A stretch of 38,853 bases of DNA from Neoconidiobolus thromboides FSU 785 (taxonomy: Eukaryota > Fungi > Entomophthoromycota). The notes under the pieces are model-generated. The model was given only the letters and a program-made list of their open reading frames with translations, searched no databases and was not told the DNA's origin. Both the position numbers and the translations under genes were made by a program. The stretch spans positions 1 through 38,853 of the forward strand of contig MU626439.1 of the NCBI GenBank assembly GCA_025603075.1. Direction: 5' to 3'. This document shows, one piece after another, positions 1-12,506 of this stretch (position 1 is its first letter; each line of letters begins with the position of its first letter).

Positions 1-305
1 CCGAATTGGTCTTGACCTCCTCCAAATTGTCCTTGAGCCCCTCCGAATTGGTCTTGACCTCCTCCAAATTGATCTATTCCACCAAACTGCCCTTGGCCTC
101 CTCCAAACTGTCCTTGGCCTCCTCCAAATTGTCCTTGAGCCCCTCCGAATTGATCTTGACCTCCTCCAAATTGATCCATTCCGCCAAACTGTCCTTGACC
201 TCCTCCAAATTGATCCATTCCGCCAAACTGCCCTTGAGCTTCACCAAATTGAGCATGGCCACCAAATGAGTCTTGAGCACCAAATTGACCTTGAGCGCCG
301 AATTG
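1..305 (-). repeat. Coding minisatellite of 18- and 21-bp units (consensus ccaaattgtccttgacctcct on +)
   Basis: Imperfect tandem units encode GGGQGQF (7 aa) or GGMDQF (6 aa). All unit lengths preserve the reading frame. Confidence 0.95.
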
Positions 306-461
306 AGGAGAAACTTGAGGCTCTTTATTGTTTGCTAATTCTTTTACAGTATTTTTATCTTTTATTGAAGATTCATTTTTCACATCTTTTGCTTTTGGGT
401 CTAAAGAAGCAATTTGACCTGATAAAAGAGCAATTATTATCCATGTAAGTTGAAGTTTCAT
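1..461 (-). CDS. Secreted Gly/Gln/Phe-rich repeat protein (5' part; runs off the window edge)
   Basis: Manual translation from the ATG at 461 on the minus strand is stop-free to base 1: MKLQLTWIIIALLSGQIAS LDPKAKDVKNESSIKDKNTVKELANNKEPQVSP QFGAQGQFGAQDSFGGHAQFGEAQGQFGGMDQFGGGQGQFGGMDQFGGGQDQFGGAQGQFGGGQGQF... The hydrophobic N-terminus looks like a signal peptide. The ORF track missed it because there is no stop codon inside the window. Confidence 0.88.
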   Translation of the reverse strand, partial: MKLQLTWIIIALLSGQIASLDPKAKDVKNESSIKDKNTVKELANNKEPQVSPQFGAQGQFGAQDSFGGHAQFGEAQGQFGGMDQFGGGQGQFGGMDQFGGGQDQFGGAQGQFGGGQGQFGGGQGQFGGIDQFGGGQDQFGGAQGQFGGGQDQF

Positions 462-1198
462 TTTTTTTCAAAACGTGAAGCAACCGGGCTTCAAAAAATA
501 GATAGAAAATAGAAAAATATTAATAAAAAATAGAGGATTTAAAAAATTCAAATTAACCTCTTTATTGATTGACTTGGATTTTAGTGAAGCTCTTTGATAT
601 ACATCCCCGATCTTCAATTATTTTTAAATAACTTGTCGATTTTGTTATAAAAGTAAAAAAAATTCCATTTTTGGAATTTTAAAGATCATCAAACCAAAAT
701 TCGAGGGAATTAGGATGAATTGAAATCGTTAATGAAAATATAAAAATATCGAAATTCGGCTATATTAAACTAAGATTATTCACATGCTACTATAATGATA
801 GGACAGTATAGCAATTAATGCTCAAAAGTAAACTATGGCAAATGTTAACAGCTTGGCTATCAAAAATGAAACTATCATTTTTAAAATCCCTCAGTAGCAT
901 CAATTCGCTCAGCTTAAAATTAGGCTTTAATTCAACTCAAACAGTCAAAAAATACTAATTTAAAATTGCACTATTTTAGGTTCAACAAATTGATGGCTAC
1001 ATATGCTTTACCTCTTTAAAAACCCATTTAACGATACCTTTTATAGTTAAATAATTTGTATAAACGATTTTTTAAAGCCTGGTCCTAATACTTTATCTGA
1101 TATTTAGTATAAATTTCATTTTTAATGAACAATTACATAATTTATAAAAGAAATAAAATAGTTGTAAACTCGATGTCCACTCGAATGTGAAGTTATTT

Positions 1199-1275
1199 GA
1201 ATGCAGCTGTTGCAGCTCTTTTGTAACTTTTTGGCAATAGTTTTTATAAGTAGTCTATTTGCATACCCAATTTTT
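1199..1275 (-). pseudogene. Possible retroelement integrase zinc-finger relic (KIGY...KKLQKSCNSC)
   Basis: Diverged sequence match to 15550-15627 (+). Both read K-I-G-Y-x(n)-K-K-x-x-K-S-C-N-x-C, the second after one homopolymer frameshift. Confidence 0.3.
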
Positions 1276-1721
1276 CTGATAGCTGATCATTTAAGTATAT
1301 TTTAACATTGATTTTTTTCTTAAATAAGACGTTAAATAGGCTAAAAAAGAATTGCAATAGATGTATTTGCATTAAAATTTAATCATTATCATACCACCAT
1401 AAATTGTATAATAAGAGCTAGCTTTATCTTAAACTAATAAATTATAAATTGACAACATTATTTTATGAACTACCTTTGAGCATTGACATCATCTATTTTG
1501 TATTGTTTATCCTTCTGTAAAATAATATAAATAGCGTATAAACTAGGTACAAGGTTTTTGAAACTAATATTTATTGTGAAAATAATTACTTAATTCTTAA
1601 ATTAGGATATTAAGCACTGACAATTGACTATTTTGAAATTGCTAAACACTTTGCGCATTTTAACTTATCATCAATTTTTTACTTTATCCTTGATATAACA
1701 AGTTCAAATATTTCCAAAAGG

Positions 1722-1821
1722 TATGAGAATATTTTTTCGGTTTCATTACCCTTTCCATTTTTTAAGCACTATTTGAGCGGAAAGATTGTTAGTAAAATTA
1801 TTAAACGAAGAAATATCCCAT
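1722..1821 (+). mobile_element. MITE family copy A (~105 bp, degenerate ends)
   Basis: Contains the family core aagcactatttgagcggaaagattgttagtaaaatt, with decayed ATGGGGATG...CATCCCCAT termini. Confidence 0.8.
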
Positions 1822-2221
1822 TGCTTTAAAAATAAGCCTTTTAAGAGAATGAAGTGAGAAAACTAAAGCATGACTAAATCAACAATTTGGACCAGAGTTA
1901 TATTGCATATAATAATTTTTTTATTTGATTATAACTTCAAGGTAGGTAAGAAAAATCATGTTTAAACTAATTGGTAGTAAAAAAAAGCTATTAATCACAA
2001 AAAAATTTCATAGTATCTATATTTGATTTATTATCATTATTGTTAACCAAAATCGAAGACTTGGATTATAATGAATTTAACTTATTCTCAAAAGCAAATC
2101 CAGAATAACATCTTTGCCCAAAATTTCAATCCTCGGATCAAATTTATAAAGTCCCATAAATTTTCATTCATAGCCCAGAAAATTCTATTTTCTAATTTTA
2201 ACCATATTATAGATTAAAGAA

Positions 2222-5200
2222 ATGGCCCCGAACACCACAAGCACACAAAGTGATAATTTCCAATACCCTGATTTACAGACCATTACCCGTCATCATATTG
2301 AAGGCTTTAACAATATTTTTACATGTGATCGCCCTAATGATACCCGTGGTATCCTTGACCTTGCTATAAAAAACATCCGACCCAAAATATTTTATGATGG
2401 TAGTACATTAACAGAACGAGTTAAAGGGAATCGAATTAAAATTTGGATCGAAAATGTTAGTATTTCTCGTCCAGTACTTTCGGATCGAGAAAAATATTCT
2501 TCAGATCGATTGGTTTATCCAAGTGAATGTAGAGAAAGAAGAACTACCTATGCTGGTGCTATTAGTGCTAAACTTTGTTATCAAATTAATGATGGACCTA
2601 TAATAAGTGAACCTAAAATTTTAGGCCAAGCTCCTATTATGATTAAATCAAGTAAATGTAACTTGTATAAATTTGGACCCAAAAAATTGGTGAGTAAACA
2701 TGAAGAATCCGAGGAAATGGGAGGTTATTTTATTATTAATGGGATTGAAAAAATTATCCGTTTGTTAATTGCACCTAGAAGAAATATTGTAAGTTTATTG
2801 TTTTACTATTTTTTAAGCTAGTATTTAATTCTTTTTTTTATTAGGTAACTTTATTAGTTCGACCTTCTTTCAGTAATCGTGGGTCTAATTATTCTAATTA
2901 TGGTGCTGTTATTAGATGTGTAAGAGATGATGAAACTTCATCTACAATTACAGTTCATTATCTTACAGATGGTAACTGTGTTGTTAAATTTTATTATAGA
3001 AAACAAGAATACTTAGTACCAGCAATGATTGTATTAAAAGCGTTTTTAGAAGTTAGTGATAAAGATATTTTTGATGCCATTGTTAAAGAAGATATTGATA
3101 ATTCCTTTTTAATTGATCGCGTTGAAGTTTTATTAAGAAGTTTTAAAGAATATAATGTGTTTACTAATAAGCAATGTTTGGAATATTTAGCTAGTAAATT
3201 TCGAGTAGTTATGGACGTAGATGATGGTTTACCATTACATGAAATTGGAAAAGTATTATTAAAAGATTTGATATTTGTTCATTTAAATAATAATCTTGAT
3301 AAATTTAATTTATTAATTCATATGATTAGTAAATTATATGCTTTAGCTGCAGGTAAAGTTTGTGCAGATAATCCAGATTCTCCTCAATTTCACGAAGTTT
3401 TATTGGGTGGTCAGTTATACAATGCTATCTTAAAGGAAAGAATTGATGATTATTTAAATAACATTAAAATAGCTTTAACTCTAGATCATCGTCGTAAAAA
3501 TAGTACAGCGGATATAATGAAAAAAAATTATATCAATACGATTATTAACAGAATTAATTCAGATATTGGTAGTAAATTACATTTCTTTTTAGCAACAGGA
3601 AATTTGGTTAGTAAATCTGGATTGGATCAAATGCAAGTAGCAGGTTACGTTATTGCTGCAGAAAAATTAAATTTTCTACGTTATATTTCTCACTTTCAAT
3701 GTATTCATCGTGGTGCTTTCTTTGCTGAATTAAAGACAACCTCAGTACGTAAATTATTACCAGAAGCATGGGGATTTTTATGTCCAGTACATACACCGGA
3801 TGGTTCTCCTTGTGGTTTATTAAATCATTTAGCTCATAAATGTCACATTGTTACTAGATTTCCAAATGTTAATAATGTATTAAACGTATTAGTTACCCTT
3901 GGTGTTACACCAATTACTAGTATTTATACTGGTACAAAAGATTCAATTTCAGTTCAATTAGATGGTAAATTAATTGGATATTGTAATATAGAAGATGCAT
4001 TACTTATTGCTAAACAATTAAGAAAAATCAAAATTAATGGATCTAATGATATACCATTGGATTTAGAAATTGGTTATATACCCCCAAGTAATGGTGGACA
4101 ATATCCTGGATTGTATTTATTTTCATCACCATCACGTATGACACGACCAGTTAAATACATTGAAAATGGAAAACAAGATATTATTGGACCATTTGAGCAA
4201 GTTTATATGGAAATTGCATGTATGAAAGAAGATATTGTACCTGGTATAACTACTCACATTGAATATACACCAACTAATATATTAAGTGTTGTTGCTAATT
4301 TAACTCCATTTTCAGATTTTAATCAAAGTCCACGTAATATGTATCAATGTCAAATGGGTAAACAAACTATGGGTACACCAGCACAAGCATTAAAATATAG
4401 AACTGATAATAAATTATATCGATTACAAACTGGACAATCTCCAATTGTTCGTCCTAAATTACATAATAATTATGCTTTAGATGAATTTCCTAATGGCACT
4501 AATGCTGTTGTATGTGTTATTTCATATACTGGTTATGATATGGAAGATGCTATGATATTAAATAAATCATCTCATGAAAGAGGATTTGGTTATGGTACTG
4601 TTTATAAAACAGAAGTTATTGATTTGGAAGAAAATTTAAATCGAGGTGAAGTTAGAACAGCACATTTTGGATTTGCACCTGGAAGTAAAGTAGCACCTTC
4701 TACCAATGATACATTAGATAAAGACGGTTTGCCTTTTATTGGGGCTAAATTAACAACTGGTTCTGCTTTATATGCGGTTCATAACCATATTACTAATAAA
4801 ACTAAGATTATTAAATATAAATCAAGTGAAGATGCTATTATTGATGACGTCATTTTAACTGGTAGTCCATTGGGTAATCGAGAATTAACTAAATTAATCA
4901 TTAAATTTCGAGTACCTAGATCTCCAATTATTGGCGATAAGTTTTCATCTCGACATGGTCAAAAAGGTGTATGCAGTCAAAAATGGCCAGCTATTGATAT
5001 GCCCTTTTCAGAATCTGGTATTCAGCCAGATATTATTATTAATCCACATGCTTTCCCATCTCGAATGACTATCGGTATGTTTGTTGAAAGTATGGCAGGT
5101 AAAGCAGGAGCTTTACATGGTTTAGAACAAGATGCTACACCATTTACATTTAATGAAAAAGACACAGCAACAGATTATTTTGGTGAACAATTGATTAAAG

Positions 5201-5806
5201 CAGGTTATAATTATTATGGTAATGAACCAATGTATTCGGGTATTACTGGTGAAGAATTCAAAGTGGATATTTATCTTGGAGTAAGTGATCTTATCATTTA
5301 TTATTACTATTTATTTATTTGTTATTAGGTGGTCTATTACCAACGTTTAAGACATATGGTTTCAGATAAATACCAAGTGAGAGCAACTGGTCCTGTTCAT
5401 GCATTAACTCAACAACCAATTAAAGGGAGAAAGAGGGCAGGTGGTATTCGATTTGGTGAGATGGAAAGAGATTCTTTATTGGCTCATGGAGTTTCCTTTT
5501 TATTACAAGATAGATTAATGAATTGTTCGGATTATTCTCAGGTAAAATAGTTTTTATTTTTTTACTTTTTTTAATTTTTTTTAATTATTATTATTTTATT
5601 AGGTTTATGTTTGCCGTACATGTGGTTCCTTTTTATCAACATTATCTATTAGTAATAACAAGTTAAATAACAAACGTCATTTACAATGCCGTACTTGTTT
5701 AGAAAATTCTTCCATTGATTTAATTGCTATACCTTATGTATTTAGATTTTTAGCTACTGAATTAATGGCTATGAATATTAAATTGAATTTAGCAATTACT
5801 GAATAA
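2222..5806 (+). CDS. RPA2: RNA polymerase I second-largest subunit (Rpa135/RPA2); exons 2222-2788, 2845-5280, 5329-5541, 5603-5806; ~1139 aa
   Basis: Pol I-type motifs [77 protein letters not shown] and a C-terminal CxxC...CxxC. Three phase-0 GT-AG introns join the ORF-track pieces. Confidence 0.97.
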
Positions 5807-6095
5807 GTTAAAAAGAAAGCGGAGTTGTAAGACAATATGAAGTTGGTGATACTTTTTTATAGATAGATTAGTTATTATTTTTCATTCTCTTTTTTATTAA
5901 CTATTTTTATTGCATTTAAAATAAAAATAGTATTAAAAATTTAATTTTGATTTTAAATTTATAAAAATAGTTTAATAAAAATAGAAAATTTTATTTAATT
6001 ATTTTTTAATAATTTAAAAGCATTACTTTTTTTTAAAAATAAATTCCTTACTCACATCCAATCCTACTTATCCATTAAAAACATTGTTTCTTACT

Positions 6096-9000
6096 TTAAT
6101 TAAACTCATGATATTTTGGACATTTACGATTTGTTTTCATATGACCCAATTCACCACAATTGCCACATTTACGCTAAAATAAAGTAATTATAATTAATAT
6201 ACAACAAAAATCCATTCAATAAATTCTGCTTACAATCAATTCTTTTTTACCCCTTGGGGCTAAATGAGAAGGAATAGTACCACCTTGAGTAGCTTCCTGT
6301 GCTTTTAATTTATTTAATCTTCTTTCTTTTGAATTTTTAACTTTAACAAGTTGATCCGCGGTTCTGTTAATCATATTATAATTTAATGATTTTATTAAAA
6401 TATAAATATATAAAATTAATTTACCTTTTTCTCAATTCATCGACAGATATTGGTTCACTAAATAATATATTAATACATTGATATAAATTCTTGTTTGCAT
6501 TAATATTAATTTACTTCAATTTTGGATTTCTAATTGTGTCCCTTCTCCTCATGTACGCTTTAATAACGGCCGGGTGTGTAATTTTTTCCGTAACCCATTC
6601 TTCTTGACCCATTTTACGTACCTAATAATACCTCATTAATACCCCCATTAACTATGAGCTTTTAATCGAAAAACTCACTAATCTTTTAACAATCAACACT
6701 TTCTTTTTACTTAATTCCGATTTATTGGAACCAATAGAACCAGCTACTGAGATATCATCTTCTAAATTATTTGTGCCTGCAATAGACCCAGTTTCAAATG
6801 GTGATTCAATGTGCTTTGGCGAAACTGAAGATTGACGGGAAGATTTGGCTGTTCTTAAATCTAAACTGGGGTCTCTTTTAAGAAATAGAGAATTCTAATA
6901 AAATAATAATTCAGGTCAAATAACATATTAATATTAATATGGGTTAAATTATTGATTGTTATTCTAATACAAATGTTATCTTAAAACTTACCGGTTGATG
7001 ACCTACAATATCTTCATCACTATCCTCTTCAGTTAATTGAAAATCATCTGTATTAGCTAAAAATGCATTCTGAGTATCCCAAATTCTAGTTATCTAAGTT
7101 TAAATAATTTCTCATTAATATAAGTATTCTTTCTATAAAACTTCAAATTTACTTCTTCCCTATAAATTTTTTGTTGTTCAGCAACATTATATCGATGAGC
7201 ACTTTTAGGTCGAGCTTCAATTTCAGCTAATTATTGTTAATTATTGTTAATAAATAATATAAATTATAAATGTTTACCTAATTTTTCTTCAGCTTTTTCA
7301 CCAGCTCTTAAAAAGATATCTTTCATAGAGACTCTGACAAATGAAAATCCTTCTCCACGACCAGTAGGATCCCCCTCACCATATAATTTTAACATAGCTT
7401 TACCCTAAATACGTTTTATTATATTATTATCGCTCTTATCTTTTAACGATAATTCTATTTTACCTGCGTTGCATTAATAAAATTTCTAGTAGTAATCCAA
7501 GGCGCTAATTGTTCTTCAATAGTTAAAGATAATTCATTTTCATCATCTTCTTGTTCTGCTGATTTTCCATACCCTGCATCTTGTAAATGTCGTTTCCCAA
7601 CTAGCATGGATTCAAATAAACATAACTTATTAAAGATTATTAATTGTTAATTCTTTTTTAAAAATTACTAATATTATTTAATTGAATAAAAATTACCATT
7701 TCTGGTGTACACATTTTAGTTAATTCTTCTTCTGTTGGTAAAGTAACATTAGGTCTTAATTTCCAATAACCAACACTTGGTCCAGATCTCGAATACTCAG
7801 CAAATTCCTAATATTAATATTAAATATTACTTACATACTACTATTTCTTATAAACTAAAAACTAATTACTTTTAATTTAGTACGTATTTGACTTTCATTG
7901 TATTCTGGGAAATATTTAGCCAATTTTTGGATTTTTAAATGTCGCTTAGCACTAGCTCTTATTAATCGAAAAGCAGCTACCTAGAATATTAAATTATATT
8001 AATTAAATTTGGACATATTTCAACTATAATAATAATAATAATAAACTTACTTGAAGTCGATTTTTAATAGTTGTAGTGATTCTTCTAGAATGAGGACCTG
8101 GTACATCTTGTTGAGGATAAGTTTGACCAGCCACATATAAATCCGTTAATTCTCGAATGAAATATTTACTTTTCCCATTAATGGAATGACTAAAGAAATA
8201 AATTAATTAATATTATTTATAATAACAAAACATTCCATTTTTTACCGAATTAATAAAAAATCTGTAGCTTTAGGTTTATGATGAAATACAGGTGCTTTTA
8301 ATAAATTATTATATAAACTCATTTTAAATTCCCCTGGCTCAACATCCCCAAAATTCATAAAAGGAGATACATCCGTAGGTTCTAAAATTATGGGTTCCCC
8401 AACATCGGGCTATATTTTTTAATATTATTTATTAGTAATATTATCAAATCAAAATTTTAATTTTAATTCTTACATCATGAATATAATCATCATCTTTATC
8501 TTTTTTACGATAATAGTTCACTAATAAGGATCCCATACCACAATTTTGTATAATAGGTGGATATTCTTCCTATTAATTAACTGATTAATTCAACCTATTT
8601 ATTGAATTTATAATTAATAAAGATAACTCACACTATATTCAACTAAAACAAAAGGAGTATCATCTTTCAAAGTAACTTCTCTATGTTTTTGCATAAATTC
8701 CTCTTTAGCTTTCAACTTCATTTTTTTCTTTTTAACTTTTTTCGAGGGCATACATTTCAACTCAATACCAATAGGGAAATGAATTGGGGGCCTATGCCAT
8801 CTTCTTAAATCATTTTTAGTCAATCGTGTTTTAAAAAAAGGAGGCTGAAGACGTTGAGCTACCCCTGCATGTTGAATAATAATTTGACCAAAAGTTTGTC
8901 GAATTTTTTGTGCTTTGCCCGATTTAATAGCTTCATAATATAAATCATTCGATAAATTAAATTTATCTAATTGATCTCGTGCCACATTTTTGCCCAACAA

Positions 9001-10443
9001 AGAGATACCCGTAATCCCCATCTTACGTGCTTTCTTTAATAATCGCATACGTAATAAACTAGTTTCATCCCCCTTATTTTCTGGATTCTTTTCTTGATTC
9101 GCTATTTCAAATAACATATTTGAATCATTTAAATCTAATATTAATGGATAATTCACTTTTTTCGCTTGTTCTTCATCCCATGCTATATTTTTTTCCCAAT
9201 TGCCTTCATTTAATTCCTGATTATAAAAACCTAGTGTATTTTTCTATTTAAAAAAATCGAATTATTGTTGATTGATTATTAATAAAATTAAATTACTATA
9301 TCATTTTCTTCTTTATGTTGCTGTTGTTTATTACTATTAAATTAATTAGTATCATTTATTTTTTATTTATAATAATTCGATTTACTTTTCACTAATATCC
9401 CATACAATTTTATTTTCCCAATCTTCTAATTCTAATGGATCATAGTAGTCCGGTATATTACTATTCATTAGTACTTCATCATTAACTTCCTAATTAAATA
9501 ATAAATATATTATTGCTATAATTAAAATTTAATACTTACAGAAATTGTTTCATCGACGACAGGTGGATTCCTTTGCAGTTCACTTTCCATACAAATTTCA
9601 ATTAAATGATTTAACAAATTAGGGGATGACTGAGGTTCATAATCCGCATTAAATAGCAATTGATCATCAATTTCTTTAGTAATAGTAGGACATTGATTTT
9701 TTATTTTAGCCAAATTATTAGTCACTTTTTTAGCAAAATTCAATGGATATTTCTGATTTTTAAAATTCGGATTAGCGAATAGATCCGTAAATTTTAATAT
9801 ACCATGAGGCTCAAAAGCTGGATACGCTTTTTTAACTTCTTCAAAGGTTAAATCTTTTTCTTTAATTATTTCTGTTGGTTTATCTTGAGTTGTAATTGCA
9901 CTGGTAATTGAGTCCACTTTTTTATTTTCTTCTTTCTTATTTACTTCTTTTTTATCTAATTTTTCATGTACTTTCTGTTCATCATCAATATCATCATAAT
10001 CCTCGTCATAATCTTCCTCTTGTTTCTCCTTTTTCAAACTTTGTAAACCTTTTTGATATAATTCTTCATCTCTTTCTGTATCTTCTGCCAATTCTATGAA
10101 ATCAGAATAATCCATTGCACCCTCCATAGGTTTAATTTCATGCAATTTTAATTTATTTTGTTTACTAAGGCTCCATTCTTCTTCTTCTTCCTCTGTTTTT
10201 TTTAAGCTTTTACTATCAATACCAAGACCAGAAACGGAGAACATTTCACCAAGTAAATGACTCGCTCCACTCTCTTCCATTTTTTGTAGACTTTCGGCTA
10301 CTTCCTGAAATAAATGAAGTTAGTATTATTACATTTCTTGCTTTGATATGTTCACTAATAATTCAACTACTTACCTTATCCAAATCGGTTTCTAAATTGC
10401 CTTCCTCATCAATATTACCGAAAAATAAACCATTAAGTGACAT
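6096..10443 (-). CDS. TAF1: TFIID subunit 1 (TAF1), multi-exon, fungal type
   Basis: N-terminal MSLNGLFFGNIDEEG (exon 10375-10443). Central TAF1 domain EYSEEYPP..GMGSLLVNYYRKK and LYNNLFKAPVF. C-terminal zinc knuckle CGNCGELGHMKTNRKCP, then stop at 6096-6098. Many short GT-AG introns, including a 37-nt micro-exon at 9297-9333. Confidence 0.95.
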
Positions 10444-10744
10444 ATTGATACAATTATAAAATGGTTATTTTTTTAAAATCGATTCAAATTAAGACGCTAC
10501 TGAATTATGACTATTTGAAATTTACAAAATTACATAGCTGGTTTAGAAAGTTTCAGTTTTTTGCAAAATTGAAGTGCAAATTGAAATACATCAAGTTGCT
10601 ATTATTGAAATTTGGTCAGAGTAACTTTAATTTGATTTTTTGATTAATCAAATTTTTTAATGTTTTTAAGAAATGAATTTGTTAAAAAAGATTTTATAAT
10701 TATTAATAGGTTTAAAGTATCAGTATTGTGAAATATCGCTTTCT

Positions 10745-11200
10745 CAACCCCATGATTGATTATAGCATAATAAATCACTTAAGCTGTTATGTTCTCGAGT
10801 CCAGATACAATCAATCCTGATCCTCTTGTTTTGATTTCCTACGAGGATTTCTGATATGTGATTCCAAAGCACATTATCTCCCTGTTTTGATATACATACT
10901 TGTTGAAGTATAGAAAAGATTTCATAACATAGTAACTTGAGGCTTAACCGAATTATTCCTTGATATTGTACCTTTGATAAAGCCGCTAAATTTTCCTGAT
11001 AATATTTTACATAGATTTTACAGCAGTATTGCCTATTATATTTGTCTTACATAGTCCATAGCCTATTACGTGCTATTCTTCATAACTCAACTCCATCTTA
11101 GTCACATAAACTAAGACCTTTCGACTTACAGCTAGTCAACCAAGCAAGAACTGCTTTTGACTCCAACCACTGAGTGCTAGATTTCACGGCAGGAAAGCAT
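10745..11200 (-). mobile_element. Degenerate DIRS-like (tyrosine recombinase retrotransposon) RNase H and downstream domain relic
   Basis: The minus strand reads LSGWS...SYEE*HV..., then a stop-free stretch of about 100 codons: KIYVKYYQENLAALSKVQYQGIIRLSLKLLCYEIF...LWNHISEILVG...IRIDCIWTREHNSL...YNQSWG. This resembles DIRS motifs (GWG; HIN.LEL; DN..A.AYIN.QGG; IDLFASR.N.L...Y.SW). Stops and frameshifts are present upstream. Confidence 0.5.
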
Positions 11201-11218
11201 TTAGTTAATTTAGTATTT

Positions 11219-11310
11219 AGAGAGCTTTATTTAAAAAGTTTATAAAAATCAATATTTAAGCAAGTATAAGAAATCGTTTTAAATTTTAAAAGTTTTTATA
11301 TAATATATTT
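11219..11310 (+). repeat. ~90-bp diverged direct repeat, copy 1 (partner 19954-20045)
   Basis: Both copies share ttatttaaaaagtttataaaaat.aatat.taagca...taaattt..aaagtttttatat. Confidence 0.7.
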
Positions 11311-11497
11311 AAAAAAACTTGTAAATCAAATAGTAGTTTAGATAGTGATATTAATTTTTTTGCTAACCACTACGCAAAAATATAATTGATAGACATTTTG
11401 GAGACTTTGGAAATTTTCTATAATGGAGAAATAGTTTAAAACAAATAAAATAAAATATTAGCTAATTAATTTCAAAATTTGAGACTTTTATTTATAG

Positions 11498-11598
11498 ATA
11501 TGGGAATATTTTTTGGTTTTGTCACCTTTTTCATTTTTTTAAGCACTATTTGAGTGGAAAAATTCTTAATAAAATCTTAAATATATATATCCCTATAT
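11498..11598 (+). mobile_element. MITE family copy B
   Basis: atatgggaatattttttgg...aagcactatttgagtggaaaa...atccctatat. Confidence 0.85.
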
Positions 11599-11633
11599 AA
11601 TAAAATTGGTACTTAAATGCTAATAGTAAAAAT

Positions 11634-11737
11634 ATATGGAAATGTATTTTTTGTTTAAGAATTTTACTAATAATCTTTCCACTCAAATAGCACTTAAAAG
11701 ATAGAAAAAGTAATGGAGCCAAAAAAACACCTTCATT
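11634..11737 (-). mobile_element. MITE family copy C (inverted relative to B, ~35 bp away)
   Basis: atatggaaatgtattttttgtttaagaattttactaataatctttccactcaaatagcacttaaaag...aaaaaaacaccttcat. Confidence 0.85.
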
Positions 11738-12273
11738 TAGTAAATTAAAAAATCAACCTCAGTTTATTTCATAAAAACATTACAAGATCTAAAAGTTTCA
11801 ATACTTACTAAGTAAGTGAGTATTTTATTAAGTGAGTATTTTATTAAGTGATAAAAATTAATTATTAAATCTTAATATTGTTTAAGTTATTAACAGCTAA
11901 GTTAATAAATAAAGACTATTATATTATTTATATTATATAGTAATTAACCATAGTTTTAAAGCCAACATTTCCTCCTATACAGATATCTATCAACTTAATG
12001 ATGTATTGATAATACAATTATAACATTAAAACAATCTGTTTATTTGATACTAAATCTTCAATGTTGACTATGAAGGAGTTAATAATATATATTTTTAATA
12101 AAGTTTTGTAGAAAGATGTATCTATTTGCATACAACTTTGATTAATATCAATATATAGATTATATTAGTAAAAGCCTTGCTAATCCGTGAATTTGTGTTA
12201 AATTCAATACAAATTCCACTAACTTGTAACATAAATTATAAAATAATTTAAAACTGTATCAGATCCTTGCTTT
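11735..12273 (+). repeat. ~535-bp near-identical direct repeat, copy 1
   Basis: Base-by-base comparison with 20257-20790 finds 3 substitutions and one 4-bp indel over the ~515-bp core; the 3' ends fray. Confidence 0.97.
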
Positions 12274-12390
12274 TTAATAGAATTTTCAAAAAAAGACATG
12301 CCTATATATTAAACAGCTTAAAAATTTAATGGTAAAATGTAAATGATTAAAACTCAAACGGATAAAATTAGTCTAGAAATCAATATAAAA

Positions 12391-12496
12391 ATATGGGAAT
12401 GTGTTTTTGTATTTAAGAATTTTACTAACAATTTTTTTACTCAAATAGCGCTCAAAACATGGAAAAAATAATGAGCCCAAAAAAAACATCCCCATA
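12391..12496 (-). mobile_element. MITE family copy D, 10 bp downstream of the acyl-CoA oxidase stop
   Basis: TA|TGGGAATG...AAAACATCCCCA|TA termini with the family core. Confidence 0.9.
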
Positions 12497-12506
12497 CCCA
12501 TACTGC

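Noticed and set aside
1-305. Regularly spaced repeats resembling a CRISPR array
   Set aside because: The units are adjacent with no unique spacers, preserve a protein frame and lie in a eukaryotic context.
6-448. ORF-track entries 6..269 (+), 74..283 (-) and 266..448 (+), including an apparent heptad coiled coil
   Set aside because: These are shadow frames of the coding minisatellite. The GGQGQF frame from ATG 461 is the only one that is stop-free throughout and has a signal peptide.
2222-10443. Adjacency of RPA2 and TAF1 as a transcription-machinery cluster
   Set aside because: The genes are convergent with no shared promoter; chance neighbourhood is the simpler explanation.
9908-10643. 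Short ORF-track entries 9908..10099 and 10461..10643 (also 14022..14210, 27126..27401, 28119..28394, 30926..31330, 31020..31202, 31930..32133, 38551..38760)
   Set aside because: Antisense or alternate-frame shadows of real genes, or low-complexity chance ORFs.
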